Positions 20,762 to 31,409 of a stretch of DNA of 64,000 nucleotides are shown here, one piece after another (the stretch's first letter is position 1; each line of letters opens with the position of its first letter). The notes under the pieces are model-generated. The model ran no database searches and had not been told where the DNA came from. It was given only the letters and a program-made list of their open reading frames with translations. The DNA comes from Terriglobia bacterium (GTDB taxonomy: Bacteria > Acidobacteriota > Terriglobia > 20CM-2-55-15). The stretch covers positions 576,001 through 640,000 of the forward strand of contig CBDAOY010000009.1 in the NCBI GenBank assembly GCA_965198225.1, in the 5' to 3' direction. Made by a program: the position numbers and the translations under genes.

Positions 20762-22567
20762 CTATTGCGAGCCATCCGGGAGCGCCGTGCCTTCGATCGC
20801 TTCTTCACCGGCCTGCGCCTCGAGCCACTGACAGGCCTCATCCATACCGAGGTCGCATCCTTGCGTCATCAGTTCAGCAGCCCTGGCCATATCCTTCGTC
20901 ACGCCGTCGCCACGTTCGTACAGCAGGCCGAGGTCGGTGCAGCTGGTTGGATCGCCCATCGCGCAGGGTTCTTTGAACCCCTCCGCGGCTACTCCGTAAT
21001 CCACCGGGACGCCGGTTCCTGTCAGGTACAAACGGGCCTTCTCGCCGCAACCGACGACCCAACCCTGATCGCAGGCCAGGGTGAAAAGTTCCAGTGCGCC
21101 CATGTTGGGGAGAGGGCCGCGTTGGGGCAGCATGAGGAGGTAATCGGACAGCTTCGGGCTGCTCTGCAGCGCGCTCTCTCCTCCCGATTCGAGCATCGTG
21201 TAATTCTGGCATCCCGGTTCGAAGTTGAAGGCGCAGGCCCGTGCAAAGCTCTCTAGTGCACCCTCCCGGTTGTAGCCTGCCTCACCACTCAGTTGCATGA
21301 TGCCGAACTCGTTACAGGCCCACCCCGATCCTGCTCCGCAGTAGCCTGACTCGATGATCGCCAGCGTGTAGCAGCCGTTTTGCAGATCCTGGTCGCAGGC
21401 ATTCTTCCAGAACGGCAGGCTGTGTCCTTCGTGGGTGTCCCCGAACGCACCCATCACCGATGCGCTGACGAAGAAGGCAATCCAGAGGCCCATGTGCGCC
21501 AGGTTGAGCCGTCGCGGTACGATGAGCAGGCCATCTGTCTCCTGCGTCATACTGTCAAGGAAACGTGCCGCGAAACGATCGATGAGGCGCACGCTCATGT
21601 TCAGCAACGGGATCGCCAGCAGCTTGTCGTAGAAGGTCGGCACGCCGTAGGATCCCAGCAGCCAGTACAAACCCACGACGCTCAGCCCGTAGAACCCCCC
21701 GAAAATCACCTTGCCGAACGGCGTCCTGGGAGAGGTCGATGGATCCGTGACGAGCAGGTGCAGCCCCAGAAAGACCGCGATCGGGATTTCGGAGTCGATA
21801 AAGAAATAGACCCCGGTCAGTGACTGGTAGATCGCGCCCGCCGCAAACAGCGTGATGGCCGCCGTCGCCGTCACGAGCGTGATCGTGAAGAAGTACATGA
21901 CCACCAGGCCGAGCAGGAACAGAGCAATATAGATGTTCGGCGGGTAGTAGAGCGTCGTGGAGATCTCGATGCCCCAGGTCATCCCCGTCGTTCCGGTCAG
22001 CATCAGCACGATGGAGAACAGACCCAGCGAGAACGCGGACGGGTTGAAGATATGCGTGCTCCGGCCCTCCCTGTTCCATCGCACGAACTCCTTACCCATG
22101 AAGCCGACGGCGATCATCAGGAACTGCAGGTAGAACCACTCGTCGCGGAACCAGATGAACAGGTTTGCGCTCAAGATGATCGGGAACGGCCCGAAGCCCA
22201 GGATCCACTTGTCCCTGCGACTCCAGCACAGCAGAGAGTCGAAAGCGTAGGCGAAGACAATCTGCGCGGCGATCAAGGCCGCTTCGTCGTAGACCTCGCG
22301 CCAGTACCAGCCCCAGTACGCATAGACGGCGAGTTGGATCGACGCCTGGATGTAGTGGTGCTGCCGGGGAACGAACTCGAATTCCAGCCGCCGAGGGTCG
22401 CGGGTGGAAGTACGGTAGAGCCAGAACAGGAACACGAGCAAGCCGGCGCCGAAGCCCCAGAACGAGGCGCGAAGGGCGGGAACGTCCCGCAGATACAGCA
22501 GCGAGAAGGTGAGGAAAACGAGGCTTGCTGCCAGGGGAATGCGCAACGCAGGCTGGCGACTCAGCAT
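20762..22567 (-). CDS. RnfD/NqrB-like multi-TM protein with C-terminal Cys-rich Sel1 repeats (paralog 2)
   Basis: HIFNPS and TDPSTSP motifs; AC..G...C and LGLLYERGDGV repeats. Confidence 0.72.
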   Translation of the reverse strand: MLSRQPALRIPLAASLVFLTFSLLYLRDVPALRASFWGFGAGLLVFLFWLYRTSTRDPRRLEFEFVPRQHHYIQASIQLAVYAYWGWYWREVYDEAALIAAQIVFAYAFDSLLCWSRRDKWILGFGPFPIILSANLFIWFRDEWFYLQFLMIAVGFMGKEFVRWNREGRSTHIFNPSAFSLGLFSIVLMLTGTTGMTWGIEISTTLYYPPNIYIALFLLGLVVMYFFTITLVTATAAITLFAAGAIYQSLTGVYFFIDSEIPIAVFLGLHLLVTDPSTSPRTPFGKVIFGGFYGLSVVGLYWLLGSYGVPTFYDKLLAIPLLNMSVRLIDRFAARFLDSMTQETDGLLIVPRRLNLAHMGLWIAFFVSASVMGAFGDTHEGHSLPFWKNACDQDLQNGCYTLAIIESGYCGAGSGWACNEFGIMQLSGEAGYNREGALESFARACAFNFEPGCQNYTMLESGGESALQSSPKLSDYLLMLPQRGPLPNMGALELFTLACDQGWVVGCGEKARLYLTGTGVPVDYGVAAEGFKEPCAMGDPTSCTDLGLLYERGDGVTKDMARAAELMTQGCDLGMDEACQWLEAQAGEEAIEGTALPDGSQ

Positions 22568-22583
22568 GGCGAGACCATCCTAC

Positions 22584-24413
22584 TCAAGGTCCCGAGCTGG
22601 CGGGAGGAGCCGGCGCTCCCGACCCGTCCGTCGGTCTTCGTTCTTCGAGCGTCGGGCTCTGCTTTTCGAGCCACGCGCAGGCTTCATCCATCTCCAAAGC
22701 GCACGCGCGCGTCATGAGTTCGAAGGCGCGGGCCGCGTCCCTATCGACTCCGTCGCCACGCTCATACATCAGGCCCAGGTCGGTACAACTGGTCGGATCT
22801 CCCATCCCGCACGCCACCTCGAACCCTTCAGCTGCCAGACGGTAGTCGAGGGGCACACCGGTTCCGGTCAGATGCACACGAGCCTGCTCTCCACAACCGA
22901 CGACCCACCCCTGGTCGCAGGCCAGCGTAAACAGTTCGAATGCGCCCATGTTGGGAAGAGGCCCGTGTCCATCCTGTAACAGGAGCAGATAGTCTGAAAT
23001 CTTGGGATTGCTGTGGATCCTCTTTTCCCCTCCCGACCTCAATGCCGAGTAGTTTTCGCATCCCGCTTCGTAGTTGAGGATGCAGGATTGGGCAAAGCTT
23101 TGAAGCGCCCCACGCCGGTTGAAGCCTATGACGCCGCTCAGGTCCAGGATTCCGAGCTCATTGCACGCCCAGCCCGAACCGGCGCCACACTGCGCGGCCT
23201 CGATGCCGGCGAGCGTGCGGCAGCCATGCCGTAGGTCCTGCTCACAGGCAGCCTGCCAGAATGGTATGTAGTGACCCTCATGCGTGGTGCCCAGCCGACC
23301 CATCGAGAACATTCCACCGAAGAACGCCATCCACAAGCTCATGTAAACGAGATTGAGGCGTGCCGGGTTCAGTTGACCGATTCTCCCGACGTGCAGGCCA
23401 TCCACCGTCGCGGAGGCGAGACGGTCGATCATCCTGACGCTCAGATTCAGCGCCGGCACCATCAGCAGCTTGTCGTAGAAAGTGGGAATGCCGACCCAAC
23501 CGAGACCCACGTACAGGACCAACACTCCAAGCCCGTACATCAGGCCAAAAACTGCCTTTCCGAACTTGCTTCTGGGCGAGGTCGAAGGGTCGGTCACGAG
23601 CAGGATCAGGCCGAGGAAAACCGCGGACGGGATGTCGGAATCGGTAAAAAAGTAGACGCCGGTATAGATCTTGTAGAGCTCGCCGAAGCCCAGCAGGGTG
23701 GCCGTGGCGGTTGCCGTTACAAGCGTGGTCGAGAAGAAAAACATCACGACCAGTCCCAGGAGAAAGAGGACGGGATAAATGTCGGGAGGGGTTTGCTGTG
23801 TGAGGGAGATCTCCACTCCCCAGGTCCTGTCTGTCGTTCCGGTCAGGATGAGCGCGAGAGAGAATACCGAAAGGGAGAAAGCCGACGGGTTGAAGATGTG
23901 CCGGCTCTGGCCGTCCCGGTTCCATCGGACGAACTCCTTACCCATGAAACCGACGGCGATCATCAGAAACTGCAGGTAGAACCAATCGTCGCGGAACCAG
24001 ATGAACAGGTTCGTGCTCAGGATGATCGGAAAGGGCCCGAAACCGAAAGCCCACTTGTCCCGGCGGCTCCAGCAGAGCATCGAATCGAAGGCATACGCGA
24101 ACACCACCTGCGCCAGGATGAGTGGAACATGGTCGTAGACGTCGCGCCAGTACAAACCCCAGTAGGCATAGAGGAGAATCTGGACCGCCCCCTGGATCCA
24201 GTGGTGCTTGAGCGGGGTGAATTCGAACGCCAGTCGGCGTCCTTCGCGTGTTGAGGTTCCGTGGAGCCAGTAGAGGAAAACCAGCAGGCCGACGCCGAAC
24301 CCCCAAAACGAGGCTCGCAGCGCGGGAATGTCCCTCAGATACAGGAGTGAAAAGGTGACGAAAAGTAGAGTCGCCGCGAGGGGTATGCGCAACGCTGGCT
24401 GGCGACTCAGCAT
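22584..24413 (-). CDS. RnfD/NqrB-like multi-TM protein with Sel1 repeats (paralog 1)
   Basis: Same motifs; first 14 aa identical to its neighbour. Confidence 0.72.
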   Translation of the reverse strand: MLSRQPALRIPLAATLLFVTFSLLYLRDIPALRASFWGFGVGLLVFLYWLHGTSTREGRRLAFEFTPLKHHWIQGAVQILLYAYWGLYWRDVYDHVPLILAQVVFAYAFDSMLCWSRRDKWAFGFGPFPIILSTNLFIWFRDDWFYLQFLMIAVGFMGKEFVRWNRDGQSRHIFNPSAFSLSVFSLALILTGTTDRTWGVEISLTQQTPPDIYPVLFLLGLVVMFFFSTTLVTATATATLLGFGELYKIYTGVYFFTDSDIPSAVFLGLILLVTDPSTSPRSKFGKAVFGLMYGLGVLVLYVGLGWVGIPTFYDKLLMVPALNLSVRMIDRLASATVDGLHVGRIGQLNPARLNLVYMSLWMAFFGGMFSMGRLGTTHEGHYIPFWQAACEQDLRHGCRTLAGIEAAQCGAGSGWACNELGILDLSGVIGFNRRGALQSFAQSCILNYEAGCENYSALRSGGEKRIHSNPKISDYLLLLQDGHGPLPNMGAFELFTLACDQGWVVGCGEQARVHLTGTGVPLDYRLAAEGFEVACGMGDPTSCTDLGLMYERGDGVDRDAARAFELMTRACALEMDEACAWLEKQSPTLEERRPTDGSGAPAPPASSGP

Positions 24414-24423
24414 GGAGAAACTA

Positions 24424-25011
24424 TCCTAGCAGGAAATTCCTTTACACGGTCACACGGAGAAATCCAGCCACAGATTACAGGGACGACTTCAGCCAGACAG
24501 GTTTCTTCCTATCCGTGCAATCTGTGTAATCCGTGGCCTTATTCTTCTATCCGAGTAATCCCCAGCCAATCCGTGAAATCTCAAAAAAAAGGCGGCCCTA
24601 ATCCACAGGGCCGCCTTCTTCAAAGAACAGGCGATCTGTTGACCGCCCCTGGATGTTAGAACGTACAACTCTGAACTCGTCGTATCGGAAGAATCGGTCG
24701 ATTCTCCTCCGAAGACCCTCTCAAATCCCAATCAGTCCGAGTTCTTTGCGCTCTGCCGCGCAGACTCCTAGCAGGAAATTCCTTTACACGGTCACACGGA
24801 GAAATCCAGCCACAGATTACAGGGACGACTTCAGCCAGACAGGTTTCTTCCTATCCGTGCAATCTGTGTAATCCGTGGCCTTATTCTTCTATCCGAGTAA
24901 TCCCCAGCCAATCCGTGAAATCCGTGTTCAAAAAAAAGGCGGCCCTAATCCACAGGGCCGCCTTCTTCAAAGAACAGGCGATCTGTTGACCGCCCCTGGA
25001 TGTTAGAACGT
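24424..25011. repeat. Direct duplication of about 241 bp (24424-24664 and 24766-25011)
   Basis: Copies match apart from a 5-nt indel; 101-bp spacer. Confidence 0.92.
24929..24967 (-). terminator. Rho-independent terminator of the Oar-like gene (second copy at about 24583-24620)
   Basis: GGCGGCCCT...AGGGCCGCC stem followed by a U8 tract on the minus strand. Confidence 0.8.
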
Positions 25012-27870
25012 CCACCTCGCTCCCAGCCGGAAGATCCGGCCCGGAACGAGCTGGGTCGGCCTCTGGAAGGTGGATCCGGAGCGGAGGTTCAGCGCGACCG
25101 GAGCCGACGTGTTCAGCGTGTTGAACAGGTCGAACATGGCGTCCAGGCTGTGCCGGTCGCCCATCTGAAACCTCTTCTGGATACGAAGGTCCAAGAGGTT
25201 TATCTTGGGCGTCTTGTACGTGTCCCGCTCGATGAAGATCCGTTGCGAGCTGTTGTTCGCGTCCCGGAGCCGCACCTCCCGTCCGTAGGGTTGGCCGCTC
25301 TGCGACTTGAAGATGCCGCTGAACTGCATCCCGTACGGCAGCTGGTAGATGCCGTTCACCTTGAAGCTCCACTCCCAGATGCGCAGCGAGGGGTCGTACA
25401 GCTCTTCGTTCGGGTTGTCCGGCATGTCGATACTGCAGTTGAACCCGCTGAAGGTGCTGAATCGCTGGCGCGTGCAGCGTTCCTGCCGGTAGTCCTGGGT
25501 CCAGCTGACCATGAACTGGTGACCGTCCGACATCCGCTTGTTGAGCGTCGCTTCATACCCGAGGTAAGCGCTGCGTCTGCCGGGGTAGTTCGTCCGGTAG
25601 TCGATCCTCTCCCCGAAATTGGGATGACTCCGGGGAACCGACCAGATCTCATAGTCCTGACCTTCGAATTGCCGGGTGATGCTCTCGGTGTAGGCCTCGT
25701 AGGGCAGCGCCAGGTTGATCGTCTGAATGCCATCCCGGTCCAACTTCCGGACGACGTTGACCCGGCCCGCATAGTCATTGCCGAGCTGGAAGTCCAGTCC
25801 CAAGGCGAACTCATCCACGAAGTCGTTCTTAATGTCGGGGTCAAACCTGCGGTCCCGAGCCTGGGAGGTGGAGATCCTCGCGCGTTCATCCGGGACGTAA
25901 GGGATTGTCCCGTCCCAGGCCGCCGCGTCGGGCACGCCCGCCGGACACGCACCGATCGCGCAGTATCGCTTCTCTTCCCCGCCAAATCTGCCGGGGTTGA
26001 GGTCATAGGCGAGACCACGGCCCATATCTCCATAGTAACGCCCGTAACTCCCCTTTAACGCCAGGACGCCGTCACCGGTGAGATCCAATACGAAACCCAG
26101 GCGTGGGACCCAGTTGTAAAACGCCGGGAAATCATCACGGGCCGGAATCGTAAACGCCTCCGCGTAGGGTCCGAGCCCAGCGTTGCCCTGTGCCGGATAG
26201 CGGCTGTCGTAGGTGTCTAAGCGGAGACCCCAGTTGAAGGTGAAGCGGGGTACGATGTTCCAGCGGTCGTTGATGTAGAAGTTGTTGCTGGTCGAGACCG
26301 TGTCGTGCCGGTACGGCGTGTTGTGGACGGTCACGCGATTCGGCTGGACGAAGAAGGCGAACGCCTCCGGCCACCCGGCCTTGGGATCCGCCTCGTCCCC
26401 GTTGCTCCGGTAGTCGTACTCCTGGTGCGTGGAGAAGCCCAGGACGCTGTCCTGGTAGTGGTAGTACCAGCCGCCCCAGCCGAACTTGAACTCGTGGTTG
26501 CCCTGGCCGGCGTCCGTGAAGAGGCTGAGCGTCGTGTTCCACTGCCAGCGGGTCGGCTTGGAGTAGTTCTCGTTCAAAGAGCCACGCGTGTAGCCGGTCG
26601 TGAGATCCGTCTGCAACGGAAGGTCTCGCGTGTTGGCGTAGGACGGCCACCAGTAACCCCACCGGGAGAACTGCACGTCCAGGGTGGCGTTCGGCGAAAG
26701 GATCGACTGCCACTTGGCGTTGCCCAGCATGGACCAGGACTTCTGGTCGCGTGCCGCTTCGGCCGGCCGGAACGCGTTGGACGAACGATACGGCTGGTGT
26801 TTCCAGCCGAACTCTCCCATCGTCTCCAGCTTGTTGTTGTCGGTGATCTGGAACGTGAACTTGTAGGTGGGGTCCGCGATTCGAGTGTAATAGTCGACAA
26901 CATTGCCGGCTTCATCGGTGAGCCCATCGATGGGTTCCCCGTTGTAGGCGTCATAGTGGGAGACGTAGTACCAGATCCGGTCCCGGATGATGGGGCCGCC
27001 GATCTCGCCGTTGTGGCTGTGGTAGCGGGAGAACTTCCGGCCTTCCACGCCCTGGGCGGCGAGTTCGTCAGTGAGGTTGCTCGACTGGAACGTGTCGTTC
27101 TCGTAGTCGCTGTAGATGTAGCCGTGGACGTCGTTCGTTCCGCTGCGGACCACGGCGTTGAAGTACACCCCCGGGTTGGGCACGTCGGCGCCCTTACCGG
27201 CCGGCACGATCTGGATTTCCGAGTAGGCGCCGAAGTTCGTGTAGTGGCCGCCTGTGTAGACCCCGTCGGTCAGGAAGTACGTATCGCCCGAACGTCCATA
27301 GGCGCGGAAGCTGCCTTGGGTACCGGTTCCCACTCCGGAGCCCCCGACGTCGATCGCGCGAGCATAGAAGCCCGGAACGTTGGTCATCAGGGACCGCAGG
27401 GTGCGGCCGCTGGGCAGCTCTTCGAGCAAGGCCTCGTCAAAGTTTGTCTGGACCTGTGCCGATTCCAGGTCGACGGCGGGAGATTCACCCGTCACGGTGA
27501 TGGTCTCGGCCACCGTGGCGACTTCGAGGGTCGCGTCGATGGTCACTGTGCTCCCGGCCGTCACTCGAATCTCTTCGCGAATCAGAGTGGCGAACCCGGG
27601 CAGGGCAAAGGTGACGGTGTACAGGCCCGGAGTCAGCAACGTAAAGCGGTAGACACCGGACTCGTTGGTGATGGCGTTCCGGTCGCCACCGGGCATGACG
27701 TTACTGGAGATGGTCACGTCGACGCCCGGTATCAGGGCTCCGGATGCGTCCATCCCACGGCCGGTGATCACGCCGACCGCCGCCTGCGGCAGTGCCGGCG
27801 TGGCGGCGAGCGTCACGAACATCAAGACGCCTAACGTCATTACTAGGCTCTTGCGAATTCTGTCTTTCAT
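25003..27870 (-). CDS. Oar-like TonB-dependent receptor
   Basis: Carboxypeptidase-regulatory N-domain, ETITVTG, GGPIIRDRIW, C-terminal RLGARWTF; GGAGG RBS. Confidence 0.9.
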   Translation of the reverse strand: MKDRIRKSLVMTLGVLMFVTLAATPALPQAAVGVITGRGMDASGALIPGVDVTISSNVMPGGDRNAITNESGVYRFTLLTPGLYTVTFALPGFATLIREEIRVTAGSTVTIDATLEVATVAETITVTGESPAVDLESAQVQTNFDEALLEELPSGRTLRSLMTNVPGFYARAIDVGGSGVGTGTQGSFRAYGRSGDTYFLTDGVYTGGHYTNFGAYSEIQIVPAGKGADVPNPGVYFNAVVRSGTNDVHGYIYSDYENDTFQSSNLTDELAAQGVEGRKFSRYHSHNGEIGGPIIRDRIWYYVSHYDAYNGEPIDGLTDEAGNVVDYYTRIADPTYKFTFQITDNNKLETMGEFGWKHQPYRSSNAFRPAEAARDQKSWSMLGNAKWQSILSPNATLDVQFSRWGYWWPSYANTRDLPLQTDLTTGYTRGSLNENYSKPTRWQWNTTLSLFTDAGQGNHEFKFGWGGWYYHYQDSVLGFSTHQEYDYRSNGDEADPKAGWPEAFAFFVQPNRVTVHNTPYRHDTVSTSNNFYINDRWNIVPRFTFNWGLRLDTYDSRYPAQGNAGLGPYAEAFTIPARDDFPAFYNWVPRLGFVLDLTGDGVLALKGSYGRYYGDMGRGLAYDLNPGRFGGEEKRYCAIGACPAGVPDAAAWDGTIPYVPDERARISTSQARDRRFDPDIKNDFVDEFALGLDFQLGNDYAGRVNVVRKLDRDGIQTINLALPYEAYTESITRQFEGQDYEIWSVPRSHPNFGERIDYRTNYPGRRSAYLGYEATLNKRMSDGHQFMVSWTQDYRQERCTRQRFSTFSGFNCSIDMPDNPNEELYDPSLRIWEWSFKVNGIYQLPYGMQFSGIFKSQSGQPYGREVRLRDANNSSQRIFIERDTYKTPKINLLDLRIQKRFQMGDRHSLDAMFDLFNTLNTSAPVALNLRSGSTFQRPTQLVPGRIFRLGARWTF

Positions 27871-28183
27871 ACTTTCCTCCACTGCCTCAACAAACGGGAA
27901 GGGCAGTAATAGAAGTGAAGTAGCACAGCATGCACCTGTTTACTGCGTACTTCAGGCATGCTGTTGGTATACAGATCTGTTGGCCGCATTTAATACCGAC
28001 CGGGGGCGGGTGTCAAATCATTTTTGAGGCCGAAATGTCAGTAGTTTAGGGGGAATCTGGAACCACTTCGGCGAGCCCGAAGCTGGAGAATGGCCGGGGA
28101 CAGGGGCATGGCCCGTTGGTGACCAAGCGGAAGCGGCGGTTCGGGGGGCGCCGCTATATCCATGTATCTAATACAAACTATTA

Positions 28184-28402
28184 CTAATTCTGCATCCCGC
28201 ACATACCCGGCTGGGGTGCGCCACAAGTCCCGCAGCCCTCCTGCAGGGACTCACCCGACCCTCCCGAGACGGCAAAGACCGACAGTTGTTTCTCGACCTT
28301 CGGGCTACTGCAGCTCTTGCACTCGACCGCGGTCGTGCTGGTCGGAACGATCTTCTCGAACTGCAGGCCACAGTCGCTGCACGCGTATTCAAACAGAGGC
28401 AT
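28184..28402 (-). CDS. FmdB-family zinc-ribbon protein
   Basis: MPLFEYACSDCG...CKSC. Confidence 0.88.
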   Translation of the reverse strand: MPLFEYACSDCGLQFEKIVPTSTTAVECKSCSSPKVEKQLSVFAVSGGSGESLQEGCGTCGAPQPGMCGMQN

Positions 28403-28411
28403 CAGTAACTC

Positions 28412-29506
28412 CTAATCCACCCAGTCGGCGATAAAAACGTTGGTTTCACCCGGGTTTGCCGAGAAACGGTTTGAAGCCCAGATCAGTTTCGAACCATCCG
28501 GGCTGAACATCGGGAACCCGTCGAAGGCCGTGTCGAAGGTCACGCGTTCGAGGCCCGTGCCGTCCAGGTTGATCATGTAGAGCTCGAAGTTCGGCACACG
28601 GGGGTTCTCATTGTCCATGTCGGAAGCAAAGATGATCTTCTCGCCGCTCGGATGGAAGAACGGCGCCCAGTTCGCACCGCCGTGAGACGTAATCTGTCGC
28701 TTCTCACTGCCGTCGGCGCGCATGATGAATATCTCCAGCTCGTTCGGCGCCACGAGATCCTGCGCGATCAATTCCTCGTATGCAGCGACCTCCGCGGGAT
28801 CGGAGGGATGTTTCGCCCGGTAGATAATCCACTGGCTGTCGGGCGAGAAGAACGCGCCGCCGTCGTATCCGAGTTCGTCCGTCAGCCGCGTCTGTTCGCT
28901 CCCGTCGATGTTCATCGTGTAGATTTCCAGGTCGCCATCGCGCGTCGAGGTGAACACGATCTTCGCTCCGTCGGGAGAAATCGTCCCTTCGGCGTCGTAG
29001 CCGTCGGCGTCGGTCAGGCGCCGGAGTTCCGTTCCATCCGGATTGGCCGAGAAGATGTCGAACGTACGGTACAGCGGCCAGAGGTATCCCAGCGACCGGT
29101 CGGGCACGGGAGGGCATTCCGGGGCTCCGAGGTGCGTCGAGGCGTAGATGATGCGCTGCCCGTCCGGAGTGTAGTAGCCACAGGTCGTTCTTCCTTCGCC
29201 GGTGCTGACAGGCGTGAGTTCCGATCCGTCGGTCCGCATCGTGAACTGCTGGTCGCACTGGTACGGCTCCCTCGTGGACTGGAAAATGATGTGCTGGCCG
29301 TCGAAGGAGAAATATGCCTCCGCGTTCTCGCCACCGAACGTCAGTTGCCGCGGGTTCCGGATATGGCCTTCATCGGGGTGGGCCGAAACCGGTCTGGCTG
29401 GAGCGGCGGCCGGCTCCACTTCCGGGGGCGCCTCTTCAGCCGGCGCACACCCGGCGAGGAGTATCGTCGTCGCAGCGACCGCCAGCAGCCGGTTCGAACG
29501 GATCAT
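28412..29506 (-). CDS. TolB-like PD40 beta-propeller lipoprotein
   Basis: Lipobox LAGC; repeated FSPDG motifs. Confidence 0.88.
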   Translation of the reverse strand: MIRSNRLLAVAATTILLAGCAPAEEAPPEVEPAAAPARPVSAHPDEGHIRNPRQLTFGGENAEAYFSFDGQHIIFQSTREPYQCDQQFTMRTDGSELTPVSTGEGRTTCGYYTPDGQRIIYASTHLGAPECPPVPDRSLGYLWPLYRTFDIFSANPDGTELRRLTDADGYDAEGTISPDGAKIVFTSTRDGDLEIYTMNIDGSEQTRLTDELGYDGGAFFSPDSQWIIYRAKHPSDPAEVAAYEELIAQDLVAPNELEIFIMRADGSEKRQITSHGGANWAPFFHPSGEKIIFASDMDNENPRVPNFELYMINLDGTGLERVTFDTAFDGFPMFSPDGSKLIWASNRFSANPGETNVFIADWVD

Positions 29507-31362
29507 TGTCGTGCCTCCAGGAGTACTTCGGCGCTCAGCGTCTCGCCGCCGCGCTCGACGACGACGACGACGACGTCGCCGGGCTTGTGTGCGCGGAGCG
29601 CATAGGTAAAGTCATACAGGTTCTGGATCGTCTGGCCCCCGAACTCCACCATCAGGTCGCCCGCCACGAAACCGGCCTTGCCTGCGGGACTTCCCGCCCG
29701 GACGTCGGCAAACAGGACCCCATCCAGATCGTCGCGGAAGTCCGGAATCGACCCGAAGTAGGGACCGTATCCTCCTCCGCTTCCGCTGACGGGCCGTGCC
29801 TCGAGGACCTCCGTGTAGAGCGGCCGTTCGACGGCACCTGCCAGGTGGTCGATCATGTTGTAGGCCAGCATGAGGACGTTGCGGGCGCCTTCCGCGTTGA
29901 TCTTCTCGGAGGTGTCCGACGGACGGTGGTAGTCGCTGTGCAGACCGGAAAAGAAGAAGAGTACCGGGATATTCTTGATGTTGAACGAGGTGTGGTCGCT
30001 CGAGCCGCTTCCGGATTCGGAATAGTCCAGGGTCAGGCCGATCGGTTCATTGAAGCGATCGAGGAGGCTCTCGAAGTCCGGGGACGTCCCGACGCCTCCA
30101 ACGAACACCCGGTTGTTGTTCAGTCGGCCGATCATGTCGAAATTCAACATGGCGACGGCGTTCTCGAGCTCGATGGTCGGATAGTTGACGAAGTGGTTCG
30201 AGCCGAACAGTCCCAATTCCTCGCCGGCGAACGCCATAAACAGTACAGACCGGTCCAGCCCGCCCCGGTTCTCCGAGATGACACGGGCCAGCTCGAGAAT
30301 GCCGGCCGTTCCCGAAGCATTGTCGTCGGCTCCGTTGTGAATCTGTCCCGCGGCGCTCCGTTCCATCGAATACTCGCCGCCCAGGCCCAGGTGGTCGTAG
30401 TGGGCCCCCAGGATGATCCATTCGCTCTTCAGCTCCGGGTTCGTCCCTGTGATTGCCCCGATGACGTTGCGGACGGGCCTGCGCGCCCGGGTCACGTCGG
30501 AAACCAGGCGTGTTTCGCTGCCCTCCAGTTCGAAGGATCGTGACTCCAGTTCCGTGTCGATTTCACGTTGGATGTCGGGCAGGCTGTATCCTGATTTCTC
30601 GAAATAGGAGAGGACCGGTTCGGATCGGACATAGGCGGCTGCAATCCCCGAATTGTCTTTTTCCGAACGGGCCGTCGTCGACTGCAGTGCCTCTTCGTCG
30701 GGAGTGTGGTTGTTCGGGTCCAGGACAAAGATGATGCCTGTCGCCCCGTGTTGTTTCGCGTTGATTGCCTTGTTCATGAACGACGCGTGGCTGGTCATCT
30801 CCGTGCCGTTGAACGGGCTGTCGGCGTCCATTTCCTGCGGTTCGTGGCGGAAGGCAACGACGATCTTGTCCCTCACATCGACGCCGCGGTAGTCGTCCCA
30901 GTGCATTTCGGGTGCGGTGATGCCGTAGCCCACGAACACGAGAGGTGCGGTGACTTCCAGTGCCGTCGAAAACCGCATCGGTCGGAAGTCCTCGTTGAAG
31001 AGCAGTGTTTCGGTGCCCAGAACCAGTTCGTTACCATCCCCAACCTCTGCGTCGGTGATGACCTCCAGCGTCTGGAAGTAGGATCCGTTCTCGCCGGAGG
31101 GCTGAAGGCCGCGAATCCGGAACTGCGCCGCGACGTAATCGGCAGCTGCCTCGAGTTGCGGGCTGCCGTTGCCACGTCCACCCATGTCGTCGCTCGCCAG
31201 GTAATCCACGTGAGCGGCATATCGATCGATCGAAATGCCTCCCGCGGCCCCATCCGCAGTCTCCAAAGCCGGCCCTGTCGAAATCAGGCCGCTCAGGTAG
31301 AAGGACGGGATGGCGAGAAATGCCGCCAGGAGTGCGGCGACGGGGTAATGACGTTTTTCCAT
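29503..31362 (-). CDS. M28 metallopeptidase with PA and PDZ domains
   Basis: GAHYDHLG, GADDNASG, GEELGL, SDH, YH; C-terminal GSPA PDZ. Confidence 0.92.
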   Translation of the reverse strand: MEKRHYPVAALLAAFLAIPSFYLSGLISTGPALETADGAAGGISIDRYAAHVDYLASDDMGGRGNGSPQLEAAADYVAAQFRIRGLQPSGENGSYFQTLEVITDAEVGDGNELVLGTETLLFNEDFRPMRFSTALEVTAPLVFVGYGITAPEMHWDDYRGVDVRDKIVVAFRHEPQEMDADSPFNGTEMTSHASFMNKAINAKQHGATGIIFVLDPNNHTPDEEALQSTTARSEKDNSGIAAAYVRSEPVLSYFEKSGYSLPDIQREIDTELESRSFELEGSETRLVSDVTRARRPVRNVIGAITGTNPELKSEWIILGAHYDHLGLGGEYSMERSAAGQIHNGADDNASGTAGILELARVISENRGGLDRSVLFMAFAGEELGLFGSNHFVNYPTIELENAVAMLNFDMIGRLNNNRVFVGGVGTSPDFESLLDRFNEPIGLTLDYSESGSGSSDHTSFNIKNIPVLFFFSGLHSDYHRPSDTSEKINAEGARNVLMLAYNMIDHLAGAVERPLYTEVLEARPVSGSGGGYGPYFGSIPDFRDDLDGVLFADVRAGSPAGKAGFVAGDLMVEFGGQTIQNLYDFTYALRAHKPGDVVVVVVERGGETLSAEVLLEARQ

Positions 31363-31409
31363 GGGGATACCTTATTACAGAGGATTAAACCGAGCGAAAG
31401 ACAGGTTCT

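Noticed and set aside
25000-27834. Long antisense ORFs (e.g. 26305-27834; similar cases at 46079-47668 and 55452-56798)
   Set aside because: Shadow frames of well-supported genes in GC-rich DNA; no recognisable motifs
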